Positions 23,196-32,820 of a DNA stretch of 51,339 nt are shown here, in pieces. The stretch is from an uncultured Bacillales bacterium (GTDB lineage: Bacteria; Bacillota_I; Bacilli_A; RFN20; CAG-826). The notes under the pieces are model-generated. The model was not told the DNA's origin, searched no databases, and saw only the letters and a list, made by a program, of their open reading frames with translations. The stretch spans positions 1 to 51,339 of the forward strand of contig CAMUVS010000006.1 in assembly GCA_947164155.1 (NCBI GenBank), given 5' to 3'. The stretch's first letter is position 1. The number at the start of each line of letters is the position of its first letter. The position numbers and the translations under genes are program-made.

Positions 23196-24095
23196 TTATA
23201 ATTTAATAATTTTAGAAATATCTAAAACAGTAATATTTTTTGATAATCTTTTTTCAATTGAATTAGTAAACACTAAATCTTTAATATGTGATTCTAAAAG
23301 TTTATCAATGCTCTTATTAGATAAAACAGCATGACTTGCGCCAACTAAAACGCCTTTAGCGCCATGCTCTAAAAGCAGATTAGAAGCCGAAATAATTGTT
23401 CCGCCTGTATCGATAATATCATCCAGAATTATACAGATTTTGTCTTTAACATCATCTTCAAAAGCTAAATGCTCAGCATAATTTGGAGCAGTTCTTATTT
23501 TATTTAAAATAACTTTTCTAGTTCCTGGTAACTCTTTAACTAAAGCATCTGCCCTAGTATTTGCCCCGTGATCTGGAGAAACAACCACTACATCTTTAAT
23601 ATCAATTCGTTCTTTTTTTAAGTAATCTTTGTAATACTTTGCAAATAAACTAGTAGTTGGTAAAGATGTGAATTTGGTTTTAAAGAATTTTTCAATATCA
23701 GGATGATGTAAATCGAAGGTTAATATTTCATCGACTTCAGCTGTGTCTAAAATCTTTGCCACCACTTCACATGAGATTGGTTCATTAATCCAAGACACTC
23801 TTTCTTGTCTAGAGTATCCAAAATAAGGAATATAGAGTTTGATACTCCTAGGTCCTGTTCTTTTAATAGAGTCAATCAATAGCAAAAGTTCAAATAATCT
23901 TTCGTGCGCTTTAATCGCTGTACTTTCAAAGATGACAACGTCTTTATCTTTGCAATTAGTAAGCGTCTTAACAAGAACTTCTCCATCCTTAAAATGATCA
24001 ATTGAAATTTCCCCTAACTCAGCGCCATATTTTGTAGCAATTCGCTTTGCAAGTTTTCTATTAGACAACAATGAAAATATCACAAGATTGCTCAT
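23196..24095 (-). CDS. prs: Ribose-phosphate pyrophosphokinase family protein (divergent)
   Basis: FKDGE, IPYFGYSRQ, DLH, VVSPDHG and ILDDIIDTGGT motifs. Confidence 0.85.
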   Translation of the reverse strand: MSNLVIFSLLSNRKLAKRIATKYGAELGEISIDHFKDGEVLVKTLTNCKDKDVVIFESTAIKAHERLFELLLLIDSIKRTGPRSIKLYIPYFGYSRQERVSWINEPISCEVVAKILDTAEVDEILTFDLHHPDIEKFFKTKFTSLPTTSLFAKYYKDYLKKERIDIKDVVVVSPDHGANTRADALVKELPGTRKVILNKIRTAPNYAEHLAFEDDVKDKICIILDDIIDTGGTIISASNLLLEHGAKGVLVGASHAVLSNKSIDKLLESHIKDLVFTNSIEKRLSKNITVLDISKIIKL

Positions 24096-24096
24096 A

Positions 24097-24666
24097 TTAA
24101 AGATAGTATTTACAGGTCATTAAGACCATCTCCTTATTCACAGAAAATTCATTTTTTATGCGCTTTTTGTCAAAAATAATGCCTTTTTGTTTATAAAAAT
24201 CAGCTAATTCACTAGTAAAAAACCATTCTCTCATCTTAAATTTGGTAAAGTCATTTTTAGGATCGTATTTTTCACAGTAATCACTAACATAATATAGAGT
24301 GTCATTTACTAACATCCACTTGTCTAAAGAGAAGTCTAAATTAAGTCCAGCGGCTCTGGCCATATAAGAATTTTTAAAGATTTGTTTATAGATATTTTCG
24401 TTGAAGTCATTATCCAAAATATAGTCGCTAATAAGCACTCCATCTAGCCACTGAAAAGCCACATAACCACTCTTTTTATCGAATAATTTAATTTTAGGAG
24501 TACAAACATTGGATTTACGAAGTTTTTTAATCATATCAAGACTAATTGATCCTGGTTCATATTTCTTAACAAAATATGTCTCGTTTTTGAATTCAGCTTT
24601 AAAAGTATCTTTAGATAAGATCTCAACTACTTCAAATTCTTTACGCTTAATTTTCAAATTTTCCAT
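24097..24666 (-). CDS. Hypothetical protein, possible degenerate protein-kinase-like fold
   Basis: 189-aa ORF abutting prs; YFVKK, P.I...D, .QWLDG and LD...W.LV...LYYV spacing resembles small kinase-like folds. Confidence 0.6.
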   Translation of the reverse strand: MENLKIKRKEFEVVEILSKDTFKAEFKNETYFVKKYEPGSISLDMIKKLRKSNVCTPKIKLFDKKSGYVAFQWLDGVLISDYILDNDFNENIYKQIFKNSYMARAAGLNLDFSLDKWMLVNDTLYYVSDYCEKYDPKNDFTKFKMREWFFTSELADFYKQKGIIFDKKRIKNEFSVNKEMVLMTCKYYL

Positions 24667-24795
24667 CTGTGTTATTATACATTATTTATTAAAATAAATA
24701 TAGATAGCAAAATTATACGCATTATTTTTATGTATAAGTAGGTTATTCCAATATTTTATTATTTTTTGTTATTATTGGGGATTATTTATAATCTT

Positions 24796-24804
24796 TGTTA
24801 TAAT
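24796..24804 (+). promoter_or_regulatory. Extended -10 promoter of pepT
   Basis: TG-T-TATAAT 26 nt upstream of the ATG; SD aaggtga. Confidence 0.6.
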
Positions 24805-24830
24805 AGGAAAATGACAAAAAAGGTGAGATT

Positions 24831-26024
24831 ATGACTAGTTTAGAAAGATTTATTAGATATGTAAAAATTGACACTCAAGCGAGTGACAAAACAGGAACTA
24901 CTCCTAGTACCGAAAAACAAAAAAATCTTGGAGCGCTTTTAGTAAAAGAACTATTAGAACTCGGTTTAGAAGATGCTCATATGGATGAATTTGGTGTCGT
25001 TTACGGACATCTACCAGGAAAAGGAACAAGAATTGGCTTAAATGCCCATATGGATACCGCACTAGAAGTCACTGATGAAAATGTTAAGCCTCATCTCATT
25101 AAAGAATACAAAGGTGGCACGATTAAACTAGCAAATGGATTAGAAATGTCACCAACGCAATTCCCTGTTTTAAGAAAACATGTTGGTCATGATTTAGTTG
25201 TGACTGATGGAAATACCCTTTTAGGCGCTGATGACAAGGCTGGAATCGCTATTATCATGTCCGCACTACAATATTTCAAAGATAATCCAAAAGTTAAACA
25301 TAACACCATTTGTGTAGCGTTTACAGTCGATGAAGAGATTGGCGAAGGACCAAAACATTTTAATTACAAAGAATTTAATGCTAAATATGCTTATACAATT
25401 GATGGAAGCGATATAAATGTTGTAGAGGCTGAAAACTTTAACGCATACGCTGCAAATGTTGATATCGTGGGCGTATCCATACACCCAGGAGAGGCAAAAG
25501 GAAAATTAATCAACGCTTTGCTTTTGGCAAAAGAATTAATTGCTTCTCTTCCAGAAAAAGAAACTCCATATGATAGCGAAGGAAAACAAGGTTATTGGCA
25601 TATCAATGAAATTGTAGGAGATTCTGAACACGCAACAATGCACTTTATATTAAGAGATTTTGATGATGACGGAATTCAAAGTCGAATCGAAACAGTTAAA
25701 AAAGCCGTTAAAACATTACAAGATAAATATCCAACCGCTAAAATTGAAGTTAACTTTAAAGAGCAATATCGCAACATGAAAAAATATGTCGCTAAAAAGC
25801 CAATTGCCCTAAAAAGAGTTAGATCAATAATGCGTAAAAATGGCATCGAACCAATCAGTGGAGCAATTAGAGGCGGAACAGATGGAGCAACCTTCTCTAG
25901 AAACGGATTAATTACCCCAAATTTAGGCACAGGAAGCTACAATCATCATGGGCGATACGAATTCCTTGATTTATATGAATTTAACAAGATGATATCAGTA
26001 GTTATCGGCTTAATGAAAAAATAG
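24831..26024 (+). CDS. pepT: Peptidase T (M20B tripeptidase)
   Basis: ERFIRYVKIDTQ, AHMDT, LLGADDKAG, DEEIG, IRGGTDG, HGRYE. Confidence 0.95.
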   Translation: MTSLERFIRYVKIDTQASDKTGTTPSTEKQKNLGALLVKELLELGLEDAHMDEFGVVYGHLPGKGTRIGLNAHMDTALEVTDENVKPHLIKEYKGGTIKLANGLEMSPTQFPVLRKHVGHDLVVTDGNTLLGADDKAGIAIIMSALQYFKDNPKVKHNTICVAFTVDEEIGEGPKHFNYKEFNAKYAYTIDGSDINVVEAENFNAYAANVDIVGVSIHPGEAKGKLINALLLAKELIASLPEKETPYDSEGKQGYWHINEIVGDSEHATMHFILRDFDDDGIQSRIETVKKAVKTLQDKYPTAKIEVNFKEQYRNMKKYVAKKPIALKRVRSIMRKNGIEPISGAIRGGTDGATFSRNGLITPNLGTGSYNHHGRYEFLDLYEFNKMISVVIGLMKK

Positions 26025-26131
26025 ATTATTTAAATTTATTTAAACTACAAGTCTTTAATGGACAAAAATAAAGCACAAAAACGTTAATTTTAGACAGTGT
26101 CCCAATTTTAACAAAAATGTGCTTTTTTTAG

Positions 26132-26159
26132 TTGCTAATATTTCATAGTTTGATATTCT
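26132..26159 (+). promoter_or_regulatory. Putative nrdD promoter
   Basis: TTGCTA-16 nt-TATTCT with a TGn extended -10. Confidence 0.5.
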
Positions 26160-26203
26160 TTTCTCAAGCGCTAAAAATCAATTAGTGGGAAAGAGGAAAA
26201 CAC

Positions 26204-28564
26204 ATGTTAAGTATCCGAAAAAGGGATGGTTCTTTACAAGACTTCAACCTTGAAAAGATTTCCAAAGCAATCGAAAAAGCCTTTATGGCCGATCACAAAT
26301 TCTATAACGATGACATTATCAATATGTTATCTCTTAGAGTAGTTGCGCAAATGAACTCCAAAATCAATAACGATGTCATTGATATTGAAGATGTTCAAGA
26401 CGCAGTCGAAGTTACTTTAATTCAAGCAGGTTACGTCGATGTCGCACGTAGTTATATTTTATATAGAAAGGCGCGCGCGAATTTAAGAGAGCAAAAACAA
26501 ACCGATTTAGACTATAAGAAAACTGTTGATAACTATTTAAAGATTAATGACTGGAGAGTTAAAGAAAACTCCACAGTTACCTATTCTGTTGGTGGATTAA
26601 TCTTATCTAACTCTGGTGCAGTTACTGCTAATTACTGGTTAAGTGAAGTATACGATCAAGAAATTGGTCAAGCTCATAAAAACGCTGATATTCACATTCA
26701 TGATTTAAGCATGCTAACTGGTTATTGTGCTGGTTGGTCACTTAAACAATTAATTCAAGAAGGCTTAGGTGGAGTCGTTGGAAAAATAACATCTGCTCCA
26801 GCAAATCACTTATCAACATTATGTAACCAAATGGTCAACTTCTTAGGCATTATGCAAAACGAATGGGCTGGTGCTCAAGCCTTCTCATCTTTTGATACAT
26901 ATTTAGCCCCATTTGTGAAAAAGGATCACTTAACATATAAAGAAGTCAAACAATGTATTCAATCTTTCATCTATGGCGTTAATACCCCATCTAGATGGGG
27001 TACACAAGCTCCATTCACCAACATTACTCTTGACTGGGTTGTACCAAATGATATGGCAGAACTTAACGCTATCGTAGGTGGTAAGGAAATGGACTTCAAA
27101 TATAAAGACTGTGTTGAAGAAATGGCAATGGTCAATAAAGCCTTCATCGAAGTAATGATTGAAGGTGACGCCAATGGAAGAGGATTCCAATATCCAATCC
27201 CAACTTATTCAATTACTCGTACATTTGACTGGTCAGAAACCGAAAATAACAAATTGTTATTCGAAATGACCGCTAAATACGGCACTCCATATTTCTCAAA
27301 CTACATCAATAGTGATATGGAACCAAGCGACGTAAGAAGTATGTGCTGCCGTTTAAGACTCGACTTAAGAGAATTAAGAAAGAAATCTGGTGGATTCTTC
27401 GGTTCAGGTGAATCTACTGGTTCAGTCGGTGTTGTCACTATCAATATGCCTAGACTTGCTTATTTAGCAGTTGATAAAGCTGATTTCTATGATCGTTTAG
27501 ATAAAATCATGGATATCGCCGCAAGATCATTAAAGGTCAAAAGAAACACTATTACTAAATTATTAGATGCTGGATTATATCCATATACCAAAAGATATCT
27601 TGGTACATTCAATAACCACTTCTCCACCATTGGTTTAGTTGGTATGAATGAATGCTGCTTAAATGCGAGATGGATCAGACAAGATTTAACTCATAAAGAA
27701 GCTCAAGAATTCACAAAAGAAGTTCTTAACCACATGAGAGAAAAATTATCTGACTATCAAGAATTATATGGTGACTTATATAACTTAGAAGCCACTCCAG
27801 CAGAATCTACTGCCTATCGATTAGCTAAACACGATAAAGAAAAATATCCAGATATTATTACTGCAAGTGAAGAAGGAAGAACTCCATATTACACTAACTC
27901 CTCTCACTTACCAGTGGGCTTCACCGATGATATTTTCACCGCTTTAGATATCCAAGATGAATTACAAACCTTATATACATCTGGTACTGTTTTCCACGCT
28001 TTCTTAGGTGAAAAACTTCCAACTTGGAAATCTTGTATGAATTTAGTAAGAAAGATTGCTGAAAATTATCACTTACCTTATTACACAATGTCTCCAACAT
28101 ATTCAGTTTGTAAAGAACATGGCTATTTAGTTGGTGAACAATATGTCTGTCCAAAATGTGGTTCTAGAACTGAAGTCTATTCCCGTATTACTGGTTACTA
28201 TCGACCAATTCAAAACTGGAATGATGGTAAGAGCGAAGAATTCTTAAATAGAAAAACATATAACATCAAAACCAGTAAACTCACTCACGGAATTAAAGAT
28301 GAAGTTTGTGAAGAAGAAAAGCCACAAACCCTACAGGAAACCCTCTTATTTGGAACAAAAACATGTCCAAACTGTAAGATGGCAAAGATGCTTTTAGAAA
28401 AAGCTGGCGTGAAATATAAATGGGTTGACGCTGAAGAAAATGTCGAATTAACCACCAAGATGGGAGTTAAAAAAGCACCTACCTTATTAGTTCCTGAAGA
28501 CGGCGAAGTTAGAGTATTCGAAAATGCTTCTAACATCAAAGGTTATATCGAAAGCAAAAAATAA
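26204..28564 (+). CDS. nrdD: Class III anaerobic ribonucleoside-triphosphate reductase with an ATP cone and a C-terminal glutaredoxin/NrdH-like domain
   Basis: ATP cone (IRKRDG..F..EKI), IHIHD, SMCCRL finger loop, LEATPAE, zinc site CKEH..CPKC, glycyl-radical motif YSRITGYY, then TCPNC...APTL. Confidence 0.95.
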   Translation: MLSIRKRDGSLQDFNLEKISKAIEKAFMADHKFYNDDIINMLSLRVVAQMNSKINNDVIDIEDVQDAVEVTLIQAGYVDVARSYILYRKARANLREQKQTDLDYKKTVDNYLKINDWRVKENSTVTYSVGGLILSNSGAVTANYWLSEVYDQEIGQAHKNADIHIHDLSMLTGYCAGWSLKQLIQEGLGGVVGKITSAPANHLSTLCNQMVNFLGIMQNEWAGAQAFSSFDTYLAPFVKKDHLTYKEVKQCIQSFIYGVNTPSRWGTQAPFTNITLDWVVPNDMAELNAIVGGKEMDFKYKDCVEEMAMVNKAFIEVMIEGDANGRGFQYPIPTYSITRTFDWSETENNKLLFEMTAKYGTPYFSNYINSDMEPSDVRSMCCRLRLDLRELRKKSGGFFGSGESTGSVGVVTINMPRLAYLAVDKADFYDRLDKIMDIAARSLKVKRNTITKLLDAGLYPYTKRYLGTFNNHFSTIGLVGMNECCLNARWIRQDLTHKEAQEFTKEVLNHMREKLSDYQELYGDLYNLEATPAESTAYRLAKHDKEKYPDIITASEEGRTPYYTNSSHLPVGFTDDIFTALDIQDELQTLYTSGTVFHAFLGEKLPTWKSCMNLVRKIAENYHLPYYTMSPTYSVCKEHGYLVGEQYVCPKCGSRTEVYSRITGYYRPIQNWNDGKSEEFLNRKTYNIKTSKLTHGIKDEVCEEEKPQTLQETLLFGTKTCPNCKMAKMLLEKAGVKYKWVDAEENVELTTKMGVKKAPTLLVPEDGEVRVFENASNIKGYIESKK

Positions 28565-28566
28565 TT

Positions 28567-29475
28567 ATGCATGACATTATTGTTATAGGCGGTGGCCCAG
28601 CAGGAATGACTGCTGCCTTATATGCTTTAAGAAATAATAAGTCTGTTCTCATTTTAGAAAAAGAAGCATTTGGAGGACAAATCGCTACTTCTCCTAGACT
28701 AGAAAACTATCCAACTATTGAATCTATTTCTGGCAGTGAATGGGCGGATAGATTATTCGAGCAAATCACTAACTTAGGAGCCGAATTTGAACTAGAAGAC
28801 GTCGAATCTGTCGAGAAAATCGATAATATCTTCCATGTTAAGACCAATTATGGAGAACATGAAGCTTTAGCGGTTATTGTCGCTAACGGAGTAAAGCCAA
28901 GAAAGATGGGTTTACCTAATGAAGACGATCTAGTCGGTAAAGGTGTTAGCTATTGTGCTGTTTGTGATGGACCATTCTATAAAGGAAAAGAAATCTACTT
29001 AATTGGAGATGCAAATACCGCACTTCAATATGCCTTATTATTAAGTGGATATTGTCCAAAAGTTCATATGCTCACTTTGTTTGATAAGTTATTTGGTGAT
29101 CAAATCCTTATTGATAGAGTTCTTCAAACCGAGAATATCGATATTAGACATAACTTATTACTCAAAAAGCTTGTCGAAAAAGATGGTGAATTAGCCGCTA
29201 TCGAATTAGAAGACACTATTTCTAAAGAAAAAGTAAAATTCGAAACTAATAACTGCTTCATTGCTATTGGCCAAGTTCCTCAAAACGAATTCTTAGAAAG
29301 CTTAATTAAGTTAAATAAAGGATTTATTGAAACTGACGAAGCTATGAGAACTTCTATTCCAGGATTATTCGCTGCAGGAGACACAAGAGTAAAAGAAAAT
29401 AAGCAAGTTATTACTGCATGTAGTGACGGGGCAACTGCCGCAATGAGTGCAGTTAAATATATCAATACCCTCTAA
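28567..29475 (+). CDS. trxB: Thioredoxin reductase-like flavoprotein
   Basis: GGGPAG, ENYP, GVSYCAVCDG and FAAGD motifs; the pyridine-nucleotide motifs are atypical. Confidence 0.88.
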   Translation: MHDIIVIGGGPAGMTAALYALRNNKSVLILEKEAFGGQIATSPRLENYPTIESISGSEWADRLFEQITNLGAEFELEDVESVEKIDNIFHVKTNYGEHEALAVIVANGVKPRKMGLPNEDDLVGKGVSYCAVCDGPFYKGKEIYLIGDANTALQYALLLSGYCPKVHMLTLFDKLFGDQILIDRVLQTENIDIRHNLLLKKLVEKDGELAAIELEDTISKEKVKFETNNCFIAIGQVPQNEFLESLIKLNKGFIETDEAMRTSIPGLFAAGDTRVKENKQVITACSDGATAAMSAVKYINTL

Positions 29476-30151
29476 GTTCTACTGTTTCAATACTTTGAGA
29501 TAAAATCTCAACAAATTTATTAGCAAGACCTTCATCAATCGCGTGGAGGTCTTTATTTATTACTCCATCAGAGACTTTAAATTGCTGTAAATATAATCTT
29601 TTACTGCCTTTTAAAATATCTTTAACTTTATTAATAACTTCTAAAGAATGATATTCATCAATTAAAGTCATTCTAAATTCATAGTCCACTATTCCGGATT
29701 TTAATAATTCGATAGATTCTTTAACATTTTCTATTAAAGCATCATTATTAGTAAATCTATGATAATCATCAAATGAAGACTTGATGTCCATCGCGATATA
29801 ATCAATTAATCCTTTAGACACTAAATCTTTAATTACTTCAGGATGTGAACCATTCGTATCTAATTTAATAGAGTATCCAAGTTCTTTTATCGCTCTAATT
29901 TTTTCTTCTAAATTAGGCATTAAAGTTGGTTCTCCACCAGAGATGACCACTCCATCTAAAATGCCCACTCTTTTCTTTAAAAAAGAAAGGATATCATTAA
30001 AAACAAGATCTTCATTATCACTAGCAGCAATTAAAGTATTCCAGTTATGACAGTATTCGCATCTAAAATTACATTTATCGATATATAAAATAGCTGCAAT
30101 CTTACCTGGATAATCTAATAAAGATAACTTGTTGATACCTTGAAATTCCAT
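29462..30151 (-). CDS. nrdG: Anaerobic RNR activating enzyme (radical SAM)
   Basis: SLLDYPG, CNFRCEYCHN, ISGGEPT, KLDTNG, AMDIK. Confidence 0.92.
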   Translation of the reverse strand: MEFQGINKLSLLDYPGKIAAILYIDKCNFRCEYCHNWNTLIAASDNEDLVFNDILSFLKKRVGILDGVVISGGEPTLMPNLEEKIRAIKELGYSIKLDTNGSHPEVIKDLVSKGLIDYIAMDIKSSFDDYHRFTNNDALIENVKESIELLKSGIVDYEFRMTLIDEYHSLEVINKVKDILKGSKRLYLQQFKVSDGVINKDLHAIDEGLANKFVEILSQSIETVELRGY

Positions 30152-30244
30152 GAGGATAGTATATCACTTTTTATACATTTATTTATGTTTTCTATGAAAT
30201 AATAAATAACTTTGGTAAAATATACTGCGAACGAGGTCTATATT

Positions 30245-30721
30245 ATGAAAAAATACGACAATATATCTTGGGATGAATATTTTATGGGTATGGCGGTCTT
30301 ATCTTCTTTAAGAAGTAAAGATCCAAGTACTAAAGTAGGTGCTGTTATTGTTTCTCCAGAAAATAAAGTTATTTCTATTGGCTATAACGGAATGCCTTCT
30401 AAGTTAGATGAAGAACAATTAACTTGGAATAAAGGTGAAGGCTTAGATAGTAAATATTTATATGTCTGTCACGCTGAATTTAACGCTATTTTAAATACTC
30501 AAGTCGGCGGTTCTTTAAAAGATGCTAGAGTCTATGTCACTTTATTCCCATGCAACGAATGTACTAAGGCTATTATTCAAACCGGTATTAGAGAAATTAT
30601 TTATTTAAGTGATAAGTACGCTGACACCACTATGATTAAGGCTAGTAAAAAGATGTTAGATCTTGCAGGAATCCCATATCGTCAATTCTCAGTAGATAAC
30701 CTCGAAATTAGGAAAAAATAA
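30245..30721 (+). CDS. dCMP deaminase (ComEB-like)
   Basis: WDEYFM, RSKDP..VGA, GYNG, HAEFNA and FPCNEC; SD gaggt before the ATG at 30245. Confidence 0.92.
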   Translation: MKKYDNISWDEYFMGMAVLSSLRSKDPSTKVGAVIVSPENKVISIGYNGMPSKLDEEQLTWNKGEGLDSKYLYVCHAEFNAILNTQVGGSLKDARVYVTLFPCNECTKAIIQTGIREIIYLSDKYADTTMIKASKKMLDLAGIPYRQFSVDNLEIRKK

Positions 30722-31512
30722 TGACTATTAAAGAATATATTAAAGCAAGAAAAGAAGAGATTAAAAATGAGGTTTCAAAACTCGAAAAGAAACCATTTTT
30801 AGTCGTCATTCAAGTCAACGAAGATGCCGGAAGTAATGCCTATGTAAAAGGCAAATTAAAGGACTGTGATGAACTTGGAATTAAAGCCGAACTCATCAAG
30901 CTTCCAATCGACACAAGTGAAGAAAATTTGTTAAAAATAATTGAAAATTGCAATAAAAAACCTGAAATTACAGGGTTTATTGTCCAAATGCCTCTTCCAA
31001 AACATATCAATGAAGAAACGGTAAAATTAGCGATTTCTCCAGAAAAAGATGTTGATGGATTTCACCCACTTTCTAAACTCAATCCATGTACCCCACAAGG
31101 AATAATTGACTACTTAAAATCAGAAGGGACAAATTTCGTTGGAAAAAACGCTTTAGTTATCGGAAGAAGTAATATTGTTGGTAAGCCAATGGCAAAGCTC
31201 TTACTTGCAGAACACTGTAATGTCACTATCACACATTCTAGAACTAGATTTGAAGACATGAATTGGTTTATTAATCACGCGGATATTATTGTTATCGCAA
31301 TTGGTAAACAACATTATTTAGATAATAAATATAATTACAAGCCAGATTCCATTGTTGTGGATGTCGGAATTTCTAGAGATGAGAATGGTTTACATGGAGA
31401 TGCTCTTCCTGGATTACCAGTAAAACTACAGACACCGGTTCCAGGTGGAGTTGGTTTATTAACTAGATTATCTCTAATTGAGAATTTACTTAAAATATAT
31501 AAAGCAAAATAA
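30721..31512 (+). CDS. folD: Methylene-THF dehydrogenase/cyclohydrolase
   Basis: VQMPLP, KDVDGFH, PCTP.G, GRSNIVGKP, TPVPGGVG. Confidence 0.95.
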   Translation: MTIKEYIKARKEEIKNEVSKLEKKPFLVVIQVNEDAGSNAYVKGKLKDCDELGIKAELIKLPIDTSEENLLKIIENCNKKPEITGFIVQMPLPKHINEETVKLAISPEKDVDGFHPLSKLNPCTPQGIIDYLKSEGTNFVGKNALVIGRSNIVGKPMAKLLLAEHCNVTITHSRTRFEDMNWFINHADIIVIAIGKQHYLDNKYNYKPDSIVVDVGISRDENGLHGDALPGLPVKLQTPVPGGVGLLTRLSLIENLLKIYKAK

Positions 31513-31531
31513 AAAGATGTCTAACATCCTT

Positions 31532-31807
31532 TTATAATTGTGAGACTGAAAGGGTTAGTCCTAATGGTTTCATGATTTTAATTATTGTTTCAACATTAGG
31601 TTTAACAACGCAAGCTTCAATTCTAGCTACAGACGAATGTGGAATGCCACATTTATCTGCTAAATCTCTTTGCGAGATGCCCAATTCTTTTCTTCTATCG
31701 ATTATTGCACTAATGATTGAAGCTAACTCTTCCATTTCCTCAATATCTTGCTTAGTTAATGAATTTGCTTTTTTAGCTTCTTTTTTAAAGTCTTCCCATG
31801 TCCTCAT
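31532..31807 (-). CDS. XRE-family HTH protein (HigA-like antitoxin type)
   Basis: RRKELGISQRDLA..CGIPHSSVARIE; start probably at MRTWEDFK. Confidence 0.8.
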   Translation of the reverse strand: MRTWEDFKKEAKKANSLTKQDIEEMEELASIISAIIDRRKELGISQRDLADKCGIPHSSVARIEACVVKPNVETIIKIMKPLGLTLSVSQL

Positions 31808-31899
31808 ACTGAATACCACTATTATTGATAGCATAAATGCGTTCAAAACTGCAACTATTTTTAATTAATATATAAGAATTATTTTGTGATATCATTTTT

Positions 31900-32820
31900 A
31901 TGATGAATAAACAAAAAATCATAATCGACTGCGATCCAGGGCACGACGATGCAATCGGTCTTTTAGTTGCCTATTATTCAGACGAATTAGATTTAATCGG
32001 AGTCTCTACTTGTGCAGGTAATCAAACTATCGATAAAACAAGTAGAAACGCTAATAACTTATTAAGATTCTTTAATAGTGACATCAAAGTCGCTAAAGGG
32101 GAAACTGACCCAATTAAAAGAAAAGTTAAAACATGCCCAGAAATACATGGAGAATCTGGATTAGACGGATATGATTTTCCTAAATATAAAGAAGAATACG
32201 ATTCTAGACCGGCATATCAATTTATTATTGATACTGTATTAGCAAATAAAGATATTATCGTAGTCACCACTGGGCCAATGACTAATCTTGCTTTAGCGAT
32301 ATCTAAATGCCCTGACATAACCAAAAACATCAAAGAAATAGTCTTAATGGGTGGCTCCACTACTGAAGGCAATATCACTCCTGAAGCAGAATTTAATATC
32401 ATTGTGGATCCAGAAGCTGCGGATATTTGTTTTAAATCAGGGGTTCCATTAAGAATGTTAGGATTAAATGTCACTAGAAAAATCTTAGTGAATAATAAAG
32501 TTCTAACAGAGGCCAGTAAAATAAACACTAGAGGCAGCGACTTATTTGTAAAATTAATGAAAGTCTTTAATGAAAATCAAAGAACATTCTTTGGTTTAGA
32601 ATTTGGTCCACTACATGACCCTGCTACTGTTGTTTCATTGATTAATCCTAAAGCTTTTGAATTTACTCCAATGCATGTAGAAATAGATGTAACTGAGACA
32701 AAATATTTAGGAAAAACAAGATGTAGCAAATCTAAACCATTTAATTGTATGGTGGCTACAAAAGTAAACTTAGAAGAATATTGGTCCACTATATTTGAAA
32801 ATTTAAGGAGATGTAAATAA
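31900..32820 (+). CDS. Nucleoside hydrolase (IU-NH/Rih family); the start may be the second ATG at 31903
   Basis: DCDPGHDDA, IHGESGL, TGPMTN, MGG..GN.TP.AEFN..DPEAA, LHDP. Confidence 0.93.
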   Translation: MMNKQKIIIDCDPGHDDAIGLLVAYYSDELDLIGVSTCAGNQTIDKTSRNANNLLRFFNSDIKVAKGETDPIKRKVKTCPEIHGESGLDGYDFPKYKEEYDSRPAYQFIIDTVLANKDIIVVTTGPMTNLALAISKCPDITKNIKEIVLMGGSTTEGNITPEAEFNIIVDPEAADICFKSGVPLRMLGLNVTRKILVNNKVLTEASKINTRGSDLFVKLMKVFNENQRTFFGLEFGPLHDPATVVSLINPKAFEFTPMHVEIDVTETKYLGKTRCSKSKPFNCMVATKVNLEEYWSTIFENLRRCK

